A stretch of 40,186 nt of DNA from Bacteroidales bacterium (GTDB taxonomy: Bacteria > Bacteroidota > Bacteroidia > Bacteroidales > CAIWKO01): NCBI GenBank assembly GCA_035389045.1, contig DAOORA010000038.1, positions 1-40,186 on the forward strand. The letters are read 5' to 3'. This document shows, piece after piece, positions 10,002 to 18,254 of the stretch (its first letter is position 1; the number at the start of each line of letters is the position of its first letter). The notes under the pieces were generated by a model, which saw only the letters and a list, made by a program, of their open reading frames with translations, was not told where the DNA came from and ran no database searches. The translations under genes and the position numbers were made by a program.

Positions 10002-10256
10002 TCAAAATCTGAAATATACAATGATCTTCCCGAAATTATCCCTGTCCTTCTCAATTCTGTGATATAAACTCTTTATCTCTTTCTGAGCAAGAAAACGCAA
10101 CACCTTCTTTTTTAGCTGTCCGCTGCCTTTGCCCGGTATGATTTCTATCCGGTCAGTTTTTCTGGCCACGGCCTCATCAATGACATCCCGCAGCGCTTTA
10201 TCGATAAGGCTGCCTTTGTTATATATTTCGTGAAGGTCCAAAACCATTTTTGACAT
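10002..10256 (-). CDS. Smr (MutS2 C-terminal-like) domain protein
   Basis: LDLH, EIIPGKGSGQLKKKV, NFG; minus-strand TACCTTTG at 10279-86 supports ATG 10256. Confidence 0.85.
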   Translation of the reverse strand: MSKMVLDLHEIYNKGSLIDKALRDVIDEAVARKTDRIEIIPGKGSGQLKKKVLRFLAQKEIKSLYHRIEKDRDNFGKIIVYFRF

Positions 10257-10351
10257 ATCATCACGGTTTTTCTCAAAACAAAGGTAGAAGGTTTTTTTTC
10301 TGTGACCAAAGTAATTTAGTTTCATTATTTTTGTTCTAAAATCTGATCTTT

Positions 10352-10696
10352 ATGGAACCGGTAAAATCATTTTTCCCTCTTTCTACATGGGCCTTACGCG
10401 TTGCCGTGCTGGTTTTGATTTACATGATCTTTTTCGGCACGCTGTCGTCACCTGACCTTTACAATATTGACTTCTTAATCGCCGCAGGATTTGCCCTTTT
10501 CGGAGTTTTATTGTTTATAGGGGGCTTTATGAATAAAAGCACCATGACTATGATATGCGCACTGGTTCTGATGCTGGGCTGCGTTTATGAAATAATTATG
10601 CATTACGGATTTCAGAAAGGAAAATTTGTTGCCATTTACTTTGTTCTTGGCGCTGTCAACTTATTCTTTTTTGCAAACGGAAACAAAAAAAAATAA
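10352..10696 (+). CDS. Small 4-TM membrane protein, unknown function
   Basis: Four hydrophobic segments; TATTTTTG at 10326-33 upstream. Confidence 0.7.
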   Translation: MEPVKSFFPLSTWALRVAVLVLIYMIFFGTLSSPDLYNIDFLIAAGFALFGVLLFIGGFMNKSTMTMICALVLMLGCVYEIIMHYGFQKGKFVAIYFVLGAVNLFFFANGNKKK

Positions 10697-10785
10697 TTTT
10701 CCATCAGCAGCAGATTCAGCCATTTTTCAAATCCCCATCCTGACAAAACCAAACAAGAATTAATTAACCCAACAGCAATCCGATA

Positions 10786-11970
10786 TTGAATTCTACAGGC
10801 AACCATAAAGAACGAGCCATACTGATAGGCCTTATTACCCCTAAACAGAACAAAGAAAAAGTATCACTTTATCTGGAAGAACTTTCTTTTTTGCTTAAAA
10901 CTGCCGGTGGTATCCCCGTCGGGCAATTCATGCAAAAACTCGACATGCCTGACCCCAGGACTTATGTGGGCTCAGGAAAAATGACCGAAATTAGTACTTA
11001 TATCAGTGAAAACGATATTAATCTTGCCGTTTTCGATGACGAACTAAGCCCTTCACAGATCCGGAATATTGAAACCGCCCTCAAATGCAGGGTGATTGAC
11101 CGGAATAACCTGATCCTTGATATTTTTGCATACCGTGCCCGTACTTCATATGCCCGTACGCAGGTGGAACTGGCGCAATACCAGTACCTTCTTCCACGCC
11201 TGACCGGTATGTGGACGCACCTGGAAAAACAACGCGGAGGTATAGGGCTCAAAGGCCCCGGCGAAAAAGAAATTGAAACCGACCGGCGGGTGATCAAAAA
11301 CCGAATCACGCTGCTGAAAGAAAAACTGAAACAAATAGACAAACAAAAGATCACCCAGCGAAAAAACCGTAAAGGGATGATACGCGTGGCGCTGGTAGGA
11401 TATACCAACGCCGGCAAATCAACGATCATGAACCTCCTGTGCAAATCTGATGTCTTTGCCGAAGACAAACTGTTTGCCACACTCGACACCACGGTACGCA
11501 AGGTGGTCATCGGCAATCTCCCTTTTTTATTGTCTGATACCGTGGGATTTATCCGGAAATTACCTCATGCCCTTATCGAATCTTTTAAATCCACGCTTGA
11601 TGAAGTTTCCGAAGCCGATGTCCTGATCCACGTCGTAGACATTTCTCATCCTGAGTTTGAAGAACAAATAGAGGTCGTTACGCAGACTCTTGCCGAAATC
11701 AATGCCGGCGCCAAACCTATAATAACAGTTTTTAACAAAATTGATAATTATTCTTTTATTAAACATGATGAGGACGATCTCACCGAATCAGGTCGTCAAA
11801 ATCTTACTTTAGAAGAATTACAGCAGACATGGATGGGAAAAAATTCCAGCCCTTCCGTTTTTATCTCTGCTTTACAAAAATCCAATCTCAATGAATTTAA
11901 AAACCTGATTTACGAGAATGTCAGGACTATGCACGCTAAGATATATCCCTATGATAATTTTCTGTATTGA
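10786..11970 (+). CDS. hflX: GTPase HflX
   Basis: GPGEKEIETDRR, VGYTNAGKST, DKLFATLDTT, DTVGFI, NKID; start codon uncertain. Confidence 0.97.
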   Translation: MNSTGNHKERAILIGLITPKQNKEKVSLYLEELSFLLKTAGGIPVGQFMQKLDMPDPRTYVGSGKMTEISTYISENDINLAVFDDELSPSQIRNIETALKCRVIDRNNLILDIFAYRARTSYARTQVELAQYQYLLPRLTGMWTHLEKQRGGIGLKGPGEKEIETDRRVIKNRITLLKEKLKQIDKQKITQRKNRKGMIRVALVGYTNAGKSTIMNLLCKSDVFAEDKLFATLDTTVRKVVIGNLPFLLSDTVGFIRKLPHALIESFKSTLDEVSEADVLIHVVDISHPEFEEQIEVVTQTLAEINAGAKPIITVFNKIDNYSFIKHDEDDLTESGRQNLTLEELQQTWMGKNSSPSVFISALQKSNLNEFKNLIYENVRTMHAKIYPYDNFLY

Positions 11971-12000
11971 TACCGTGTTGTCGAAATTATTGATCCGTTT

Positions 12001-14115
12001 TTACATTGAAGGTTCTACAAGATACATATCAATAAGCCCTTTGTTTTTGGCTTCCACTTTTCCGCGGTAGGCGCATTTAAAATGATCTTTAACGTATTCA
12101 TACGTGCTGCCTGAAATATTTACCTTCCCGATCACACCCGAAGATTCCATCCGTGAAGCTGTATTTACGGTATCACCCCATATATCATAGGCAAACTTTT
12201 TCGTACCAACGATGCCGGACACCACAGGTCCCGTATGTATACCCAACCTGAGCTCAAAAAAGGGTCTGTTCTCAGCAAGCCGCTCCGTTTTGTATTCTTC
12301 CATAAACCGGCATATCTCAAGGCCGCAACGGACAATATCCACAGGATGGGTTGTATTGGGAACCGGCAGCCCTCCGGCACACATATACGAATCGCCAATG
12401 GTTTTTATTTTTTCGATATGGTATTTTTCCATGATCAGGTCATACGCCCTGAAACAATAATCAAGCTCGGCAACCAGTTTTTCAGGACTCAGCTTCTCGG
12501 AAAATGCAGTAAATCCCTTAAAATCCGTGAAAAGAACGCTGACATTTTCGTAATAACGCGGTTTGGCAAAACCTTCCTTTTTTAGTTCTTCGGCGGTTTC
12601 TTCAGGGAGAATATTCATCAACAGTTTTTCAGACCGGTATTTTTCCGCTGCAATAATGAAATTATCCCGGCGTTTTTGCCTGTAACTCCTTAATATAACG
12701 ACAGCCAGGGCAGCCAGTAACCCAACAACAATGAGCAACGAATTTCTGAAAATCCGCTGCCGGCGCATATCAATAATTTGAATTTGCTCTTCCTGTTTCA
12801 GTATCTCGATCTCTTTCTGCCGCTGATCCGCCTTATATTTATCTTCAGCATCTGCCATGTGCTGGTAAATGTCCGCAGTAAATATGGAATCCTTTTTGGA
12901 CACATAGCGCCTGTAAAATTCCAAAGCCTCCTGGTAATTTTTTTTGGCAGCATATATATCCGAGATCAGCAGGTAATTGTTATAAATATAATCTTTATAT
13001 TTTATACCCTCTGCAATGGCAAGGCTCTTTTTACTGCTTTCAAGAGCTTTATCAAGCAAATTCATATGGTAATAGGCGCTTCCGGTTTCATAAAGCAGAA
13101 TCGACACTATGGATTGTTGTTGGTTTTGTTCGCAGTTTGCCAACGCAGTTTTAAAGTAGTTCAGGGCTGTGTTATATTTTCCTTTCGTTTTATAATATTT
13201 CCCCAAATAAGTATTTGATATGGATATTCCAATATTGTCATTGATTTCCGAAAACAACTCCGCTGCCTTTTTATGATAATAAAAGGCTTTTTCATACTGG
13301 CCGGTCTCAAAATACACCTTGCCCAGGTCATTTAATGAGTAAGCCAATGCTTTGTTGTCATTGCTTTTCCTGTTAATTTCATAAGCCTTTACAAAATACC
13401 CGAGTGCAACATCGTACTGTTTCCAGTCTAAATAGATATTTCCTATACTAGTTAGCAGACTGGATCTGCCTGAGCTTTTATCATTCATTACTTCCGCAAT
13501 TCTCAATGCTTTAAATAAATAATTCAGTGACTGCTTGTAATTCATCTGATCATAATACACATAGCTTATCTCACTCATCACCTGGATAACCCGTGAATAT
13601 AATGAGGCATCATTCATGTCCACATAGATATCCAGAGATCGGATATAAAAACTCATAGCATTGGCATAATCATTTTTATAGTAATAGTACTGGCCGGTAA
13701 GCATTAAATTCCAGGCAAGATTGACAGAATCCCGGATTTCTTTAAAAATGGTTGTTGCCTCAGAAAATGCACTTATGGAAAGGCTATCATTACCCTTCAT
13801 CATATGCAGAAACCCGATCGTCATGTATGATCTGCCGGTCAGGGTGTCATTGTTCAGGTTACGTGAAAGTTTTAATGCTTCCTGAGCATAAATAAAGGAC
13901 GAATCTGCAGAATATGTCAGCGATAACCTGCTCAGCGAAAGCAATATCCTGACCCTCTCCTCTCCTGCCAATCCCGAAAGTTCAGCCTTTAGCTGTTTTA
14001 CTTCCTGCTTTGTCTGGTTTTGGCCATAAGCGGCGGTATTGATACATGTGAAAAAAAACAATATCAAAACAACATTCAGAACGGGAGAAAAAAAAATGTT
14101 ATCCCTGATGTTCAT
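12001..14115 (-). CDS. Class III adenylyl cyclase with signal peptide, TPR array and one TM helix
   Basis: VLFTDFKGFT, EKIKTIGDSYM, YDIWGDTVNTASRMES; K and D purine-specifying residues indicate ATP; TPR repeats; TM LLIVVGLLAALAVVIL. Confidence 0.9.
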   Translation of the reverse strand: MNIRDNIFFSPVLNVVLILFFFTCINTAAYGQNQTKQEVKQLKAELSGLAGEERVRILLSLSRLSLTYSADSSFIYAQEALKLSRNLNNDTLTGRSYMTIGFLHMMKGNDSLSISAFSEATTIFKEIRDSVNLAWNLMLTGQYYYYKNDYANAMSFYIRSLDIYVDMNDASLYSRVIQVMSEISYVYYDQMNYKQSLNYLFKALRIAEVMNDKSSGRSSLLTSIGNIYLDWKQYDVALGYFVKAYEINRKSNDNKALAYSLNDLGKVYFETGQYEKAFYYHKKAAELFSEINDNIGISISNTYLGKYYKTKGKYNTALNYFKTALANCEQNQQQSIVSILLYETGSAYYHMNLLDKALESSKKSLAIAEGIKYKDYIYNNYLLISDIYAAKKNYQEALEFYRRYVSKKDSIFTADIYQHMADAEDKYKADQRQKEIEILKQEEQIQIIDMRRQRIFRNSLLIVVGLLAALAVVILRSYRQKRRDNFIIAAEKYRSEKLLMNILPEETAEELKKEGFAKPRYYENVSVLFTDFKGFTAFSEKLSPEKLVAELDYCFRAYDLIMEKYHIEKIKTIGDSYMCAGGLPVPNTTHPVDIVRCGLEICRFMEEYKTERLAENRPFFELRLGIHTGPVVSGIVGTKKFAYDIWGDTVNTASRMESSGVIGKVNISGSTYEYVKDHFKCAYRGKVEAKNKGLIDMYLVEPSM

Positions 14116-14176
14116 TTATTCAGGCTATATAAAAATTTGAATGTATTGTTTTAGTTACTGTAAAAATAAGTCTTTT

Positions 14177-14208
14177 TTTGATTTTATTAACTTTTTTTAT
14201 TAAATTTG
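14177..14208 (+). promoter_or_regulatory. Consensus Bacteroidota promoter upstream of small peptide 1
   Basis: TTTG(14177-80)-N20-TAAATTTG(14201-08). Confidence 0.7.
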
Positions 14209-14297
14209 CAACAACATAGCGAGTGCCTTGCCTTTGATTTAACATTTTTAAAATATATATTCTTATTTTATAATAATTATTTTAAAATATTATAAGT

Positions 14298-14429
14298 ATG
14301 ATTGCAAAAAAAATTAAACAAAAACCGGCTGTGACTATCAAATATAGTAAAAAAGAAAAAACTCCTGTTGCTGAGAACAAGGAGGTGGTTATAGGGATAA
14401 AACCCACAACCAACCCCCGTACTTTGTGA
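14298..14429 (+). CDS. 43-aa peptide, putative RiPP precursor A1 (not in ORF track)
   Basis: Manual translation MIAKKIKQKPAVTIKYSKKEKTPVAENKEVVIGIKPTTNPRTL*; ungapped paralogy with 14660..14890; own promoter. Confidence 0.75.
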   Translation: MIAKKIKQKPAVTIKYSKKEKTPVAENKEVVIGIKPTTNPRTL

Positions 14430-14539
14430 TGTAAGGTGTATGTGTTGTAATGATTTTTAGAATTATAAAAAAACATTCTTGTCGGGGTTTATTATAATAA
14501 TTGTATGACTGCTGTTATCCAATATTTCAGACAACTGTT

Positions 14540-14568
14540 TTTGTTACGTTAATATTTCATTATCTTTG
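14540..14568 (+). promoter_or_regulatory. Probable promoter upstream of small peptide 2 and the radical SAM gene
   Basis: TTTG(14540-43)-N17-TATCTTTG(14561-68); spacer shorter than usual. Confidence 0.55.
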
Positions 14569-14659
14569 TAAAAACTTATCTTATTCGACACCACCAAAAA
14601 TATAACTTGAACTAATTATCCGGCCCAATTGAACCACTTCACAATAAAAAATCAAAAAC

Positions 14660-14890
14660 ATGAGAACAAAAAACCTAAAACAAAAATTTACAGTTACATT
14701 CGATGATGTCGATTCAGACATGGCGATTGATCTGGAAAACAAAGGTCTTAGCCTGGGTATTAAACCCACAATAAATCCACGAATGCCTCCTTTTATACCC
14801 CCCGTTCCTGTTGTAAAAAAATCAACTACTGCAAAGAAAAAAACTGCTGCAGCACCAAAAAAGAAAATTGTAAAAAAAACAGGAAAATAA
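14660..14890 (+). CDS. 76-aa peptide, putative RiPP precursor A2 with Pro-rich then Lys/Ala-rich tail
   Basis: Shares KQK..VT and ENK....GIKPT.NPR with A1; immediately upstream of radical SAM gene. Confidence 0.75.
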   Translation: MRTKNLKQKFTVTFDDVDSDMAIDLENKGLSLGIKPTINPRMPPFIPPVPVVKKSTTAKKKTAAAPKKKIVKKTGK

Positions 14891-15005
14891 GATCATTCCG
14901 GCTCATCTTACAGCTGAAATATCGAATGGTATTTTATAGGGATATTATATCATTAATGAAATCTCTTTACAATAGATTCCAGTGAGCAATGATTAAGGCT
15001 TGGTA

Positions 15006-16625
15006 ATGGAAATACAGAGCAAACATGCAAGGATCGTATTGAATTGCATGCCACCGGCACAAATCCTTATGCCATCCATTACATTGAATATTTTAAAGGG
15101 CGTCCTGAAACAAAACGGATTCAGATCTGAAATTTTTTATTGGAACTTATTGCTGGAACCTTTTTTTAAACATTGGGACGAAAAGTTTGGTGATGAAAAC
15201 TTTGAATTCGCCCGTTTGCTCCCGTTTGTCTATTGGAAAGCAAANNNNNNNNNNNNNNNNNNNNNNNNNNNNNNNNNNNNNNNNNNNNNNNNNNNNNNNN
15301 NNNNNNNNNNNNNNNNNNNNNNNNNNNNNNNNNNNNNNNNNNNNGTACAGATCAGCCATATGATCAATAAAGATTCTTCAGATTTCAATGAAATACCCGG
15401 ACTGGTATACCGGAAAAAAAAACAACTCGTAATCTCTGAGAAAAAAGAAAGGCAGTACTTCAATCTTGATCATTATCCCGAACCCGATTACGAAGATTTT
15501 TACTCTTTAGTACGTAAGGATCCGGCGAATGAAAAAATGCTGTCTTATCCAGTAGAAGGGTCAAGAGGATGTATCTGGAACAAATGCAAATTCTGTGTGC
15601 TCAACAAGGGTTACAAATACCGGGAACGCGATGTTGAAAGCATAGTTAAAGAAATAGAACTTGCGATTGAAAAATATCACATAGAATATTTCCAATTCAT
15701 GGATAACAGCATCATCGGGGCCGACAAAATGCGACTTGAGTGCCTGCTAAAAAAACTTTCCGTTTCTTATATTGACTGCCCGGATGATTTTAGTCTTGCC
15801 GCCGAAATCATTCCCGCCGGATTGAATGCTTCCTTTTATAAGAAATTGGCGCTGGCCGGATTCAGAATGATGCAGGTCGGCGGCGAATCATTTGCCGATT
15901 CACTGTTAAAAAAAATGAATAAAAAAAATTCTTTTTCCGACAACCTGCTCGCTTATAAATTTTGCCTCAAATACGGCATAAACCCTATCGGTGCAAATAT
16001 TATTACCGGCATTCCCGGCGAAACCCTTAAAGACATAAAAACGTGCATTAAGAACATCCCCTTCCTAAGGTTTTTTGTAAGCAACAGGCAGATACAATTT
16101 ATGGAAAGCCGGTTGGCGCTCGATAAACACTCCGTTTTCTACAGGGAAATAAACGAAAATGAAAAGGAGAAATATACTGATCATTTCTTTTTTAATTACC
16201 TTCCACATTCCTTGATTGCTAAAATGAACCGCTTTGACCTGTTTCATTTCAGTAAAAACAAATCACCAAAGCAAAAAGAATTATGGGATGAGTTTTTTAA
16301 AATACTACAAAAATATCATCGGGCAAAACTTTCTTATAAACTTTACGACTATGGAAATGTAATTCAGTTTGAAGAATTATACAACAATATTAAAACCGAT
16401 GCGGTTGTTTTTGACAAGCCCGAACAATGGCAGATTCTGGTAAATGCAAACTCACAATTGCTTTCCTTTGATGAAATGATGCAATTATTAAAGAACAAAT
16501 ACAAAAACACAACACCAAAAAAACTAAAAACCATGATGAATGAATTAAAATCTCATCATCTGCTTTATTTTGACGAAAATTACAACAAAATAATTGCTGT
16601 CATTGATACGGATTGTCTCCTTTGA
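15006..16625 (+). CDS. B12-binding-type radical SAM enzyme resembling RiPP C-methyltransferases (spans assembly gap)
   Basis: N-terminal MPP....PS..L..LK..L...G; EGSRGCIWNKCKFC (Cx4Cx2C); FMDN, QVGGESF....LKKMNK, NIITGIPGET; start set at ATG 15006 rather than TTG 15000. Confidence 0.8.
   Translation: MEIQSKHARIVLNCMPPAQILMPSITLNILKGVLKQNGFRSEIFYWNLLLEPFFKHWDEKFGDENFEFARLLPFVYWKAXXXXXXXXXXXXXXXXXXXXXXXXXXXXXXXXXXVQISHMINKDSSDFNEIPGLVYRKKKQLVISEKKERQYFNLDHYPEPDYEDFYSLVRKDPANEKMLSYPVEGSRGCIWNKCKFCVLNKGYKYRERDVESIVKEIELAIEKYHIEYFQFMDNSIIGADKMRLECLLKKLSVSYIDCPDDFSLAAEIIPAGLNASFYKKLALAGFRMMQVGGESFADSLLKKMNKKNSFSDNLLAYKFCLKYGINPIGANIITGIPGETLKDIKTCIKNIPFLRFFVSNRQIQFMESRLALDKHSVFYREINENEKEKYTDHFFFNYLPHSLIAKMNRFDLFHFSKNKSPKQKELWDEFFKILQKYHRAKLSYKLYDYGNVIQFEELYNNIKTDAVVFDKPEQWQILVNANSQLLSFDEMMQLLKNKYKNTTPKKLKTMMNELKSHHLLYFDENYNKIIAVIDTDCLL
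15245..15344. other. Scaffold gap (100 N)
   Basis: Run of exactly 100 N. Confidence 0.99.
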
Positions 16626-16709
16626 AACGTTTGAGATTTAATAAATTTCAACGAAATTTGTGCAAGATATATTAAAAAAAACCTAATATTGCAAAAAATC
16701 CGGTAAGAA

Positions 16710-17297
16710 ATGAACCTCGACGCGGCAACATCTTATGCGATCAAACAACTCGAACCCATCGAAAAGACGGTTTATTATTATCATAACGTATACCATGCCC
16801 TTGATGTTTTTAAATCAGTAGCGGAATATGGTCTTTCCGAAAAAATTAACGGAACAGACCTCATGTTACTGAAAACAGCTGCGATTTTCCACGACATCGG
16901 AATTATTAATTCGTACAATGCCCATGAAGAAGAGTCTGTGCGTATCATCCACGAAGTTCTACCCGGATTTGATTACAGCGTCCAGCAAATTGATGCTGTT
17001 GGGAAATTGATTATGGCAACAAAAATGCCCACAAATCCCGGGAATGATCTCGAAAAATTAATATGTGATGCAGACCTCGACTACTTGGGCCGTGAGGATT
17101 ACATTGAAATATCCGACCGGCTGAAACGCGAGATGGAGGTGATCAACAGAAAAAAATTCTCAGCCGCAGAATGGCTTGATTTTCAACTTGGTTTCCTGGT
17201 TGCACACAACTATTATTCTCAGACTGCCCGCTCCCTTAGAAATGACGGTAAACTATTAAATATTATTAAAATTCAGAAATTATTAAAAAAAGTATAA
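16710..17297 (+). CDS. HD-domain metal-dependent phosphohydrolase
   Basis: YHN..H..DV, FHDIG, HEEES, MATK, CDADLDYLG. Confidence 0.88.
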   Translation: MNLDAATSYAIKQLEPIEKTVYYYHNVYHALDVFKSVAEYGLSEKINGTDLMLLKTAAIFHDIGIINSYNAHEEESVRIIHEVLPGFDYSVQQIDAVGKLIMATKMPTNPGNDLEKLICDADLDYLGREDYIEISDRLKREMEVINRKKFSAAEWLDFQLGFLVAHNYYSQTARSLRNDGKLLNIIKIQKLLKKV

Positions 17298-17334
17298 ATT
17301 TGCTTACAAATCATTAACCGAAATATTTAATGCT

Positions 17335-18180
17335 ATGGATAATAAAAATTTGATCCTTGTCCCGACAGATTTTTCTGAAGTTTGTGATAATGCAATAATC
17401 TACGGCGCCGAGTTAGCCAAAATTCTTGGATTTGATCTCTGTATTTTACATATTATTGATAAAAAGACAAAAGCAGTCCTGAAAAAAGAAAATGCAGGCA
17501 TGATTGAAATAGCAGTGAAACTTGACAACATTGCAAAAGCAACTTCAAAAAAATATGGTATCGGGGTGAAATCTATTGCTGAAGAAGGAGACATTTTTAC
17601 CGGCATCGGCAAAATTGCCGCAAAACTTAAAGTAAACCTGATGATCCTGGGCACTCACGGTAAAGTAGGATTAACACAAAAATTCGGAATGAGTTTTGCA
17701 AAAAAAGTGATCGCTACCGTACCTGTCCCCGTCATTGTTGTTCATGAGGCAGCCAGCATCGGAAAAGGATTTAAAAATATTATCTTCCCCGTGAGCACCA
17801 CCGCCGAAGTCAGACAGAAAGTCAAATGGTCTATTCTTATTGCAAAAACTTTTAAATCTACCATCCATCTTTTTCAACTGAACCAGAATGCCGAAGAAGA
17901 TAAAAAGATCATGCAGAATTATCTTAGACAGATCACAAAGGAATTTGATAAAGAAAACATTAAATATACCCATGCAACGGCCGACAAAAAAATCAGTTTT
18001 GCAAAACAGGTGCAGGATTATGCCCATGAAGTTAATGCCGACCTCATAACAGTTATGATCAACCTGGATGTTCTTAATTTTAAATTCGGACCCTACGACG
18101 AAAAAATTATGTTCAACCCTTACGAGATTCCAGTTATGTGTATTAATCCCGTAAAGACTAAATTTGAATATTGGAAATAA
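17335..18180 (+). CDS. Universal stress protein (tandem USP domains)
   Basis: ILVPTDFS, ILGTHGKVG, V.VPVIVV, second USP-like half. Confidence 0.9.
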   Translation: MDNKNLILVPTDFSEVCDNAIIYGAELAKILGFDLCILHIIDKKTKAVLKKENAGMIEIAVKLDNIAKATSKKYGIGVKSIAEEGDIFTGIGKIAAKLKVNLMILGTHGKVGLTQKFGMSFAKKVIATVPVPVIVVHEAASIGKGFKNIIFPVSTTAEVRQKVKWSILIAKTFKSTIHLFQLNQNAEEDKKIMQNYLRQITKEFDKENIKYTHATADKKISFAKQVQDYAHEVNADLITVMINLDVLNFKFGPYDEKIMFNPYEIPVMCINPVKTKFEYWK

Positions 18181-18254
18181 TTTCCATTCCTGTGTTTTGC
18201 CCGGCCATATCTGAATCATTCTTTTATGATTAAGTCTGGTTATCTTTTCTGAAC

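Noticed and set aside
14282..14769. Minus-strand ORFs 14282..14476 and 14581..14769 sharing GLV/IVGFIP-like antisense text
   Set aside because: Shadows of the two + strand peptides; promoters, aligned ATG starts and operon orientation favour the + strand
14430..15005. A third precursor peptide in the spacers (e.g. MTAVIQYFRQLFLLR, MVFYRDIISLMKSLYNRFQ)
   Set aside because: No GIKPxxNP or leader similarity
14116..15005. Cobalamin riboswitch upstream of the B12 enzyme
   Set aside because: No B12-box or GGGAA core visible; region is very AT-rich
12001..17297. Pycsar-type anti-phage system (cyclase plus HD protein)
   Set aside because: The cyclase has purine (ATP) specificity residues and a membrane TPR sensor; the HD protein has no TM or TIR effector domain; the genes are not in one operon
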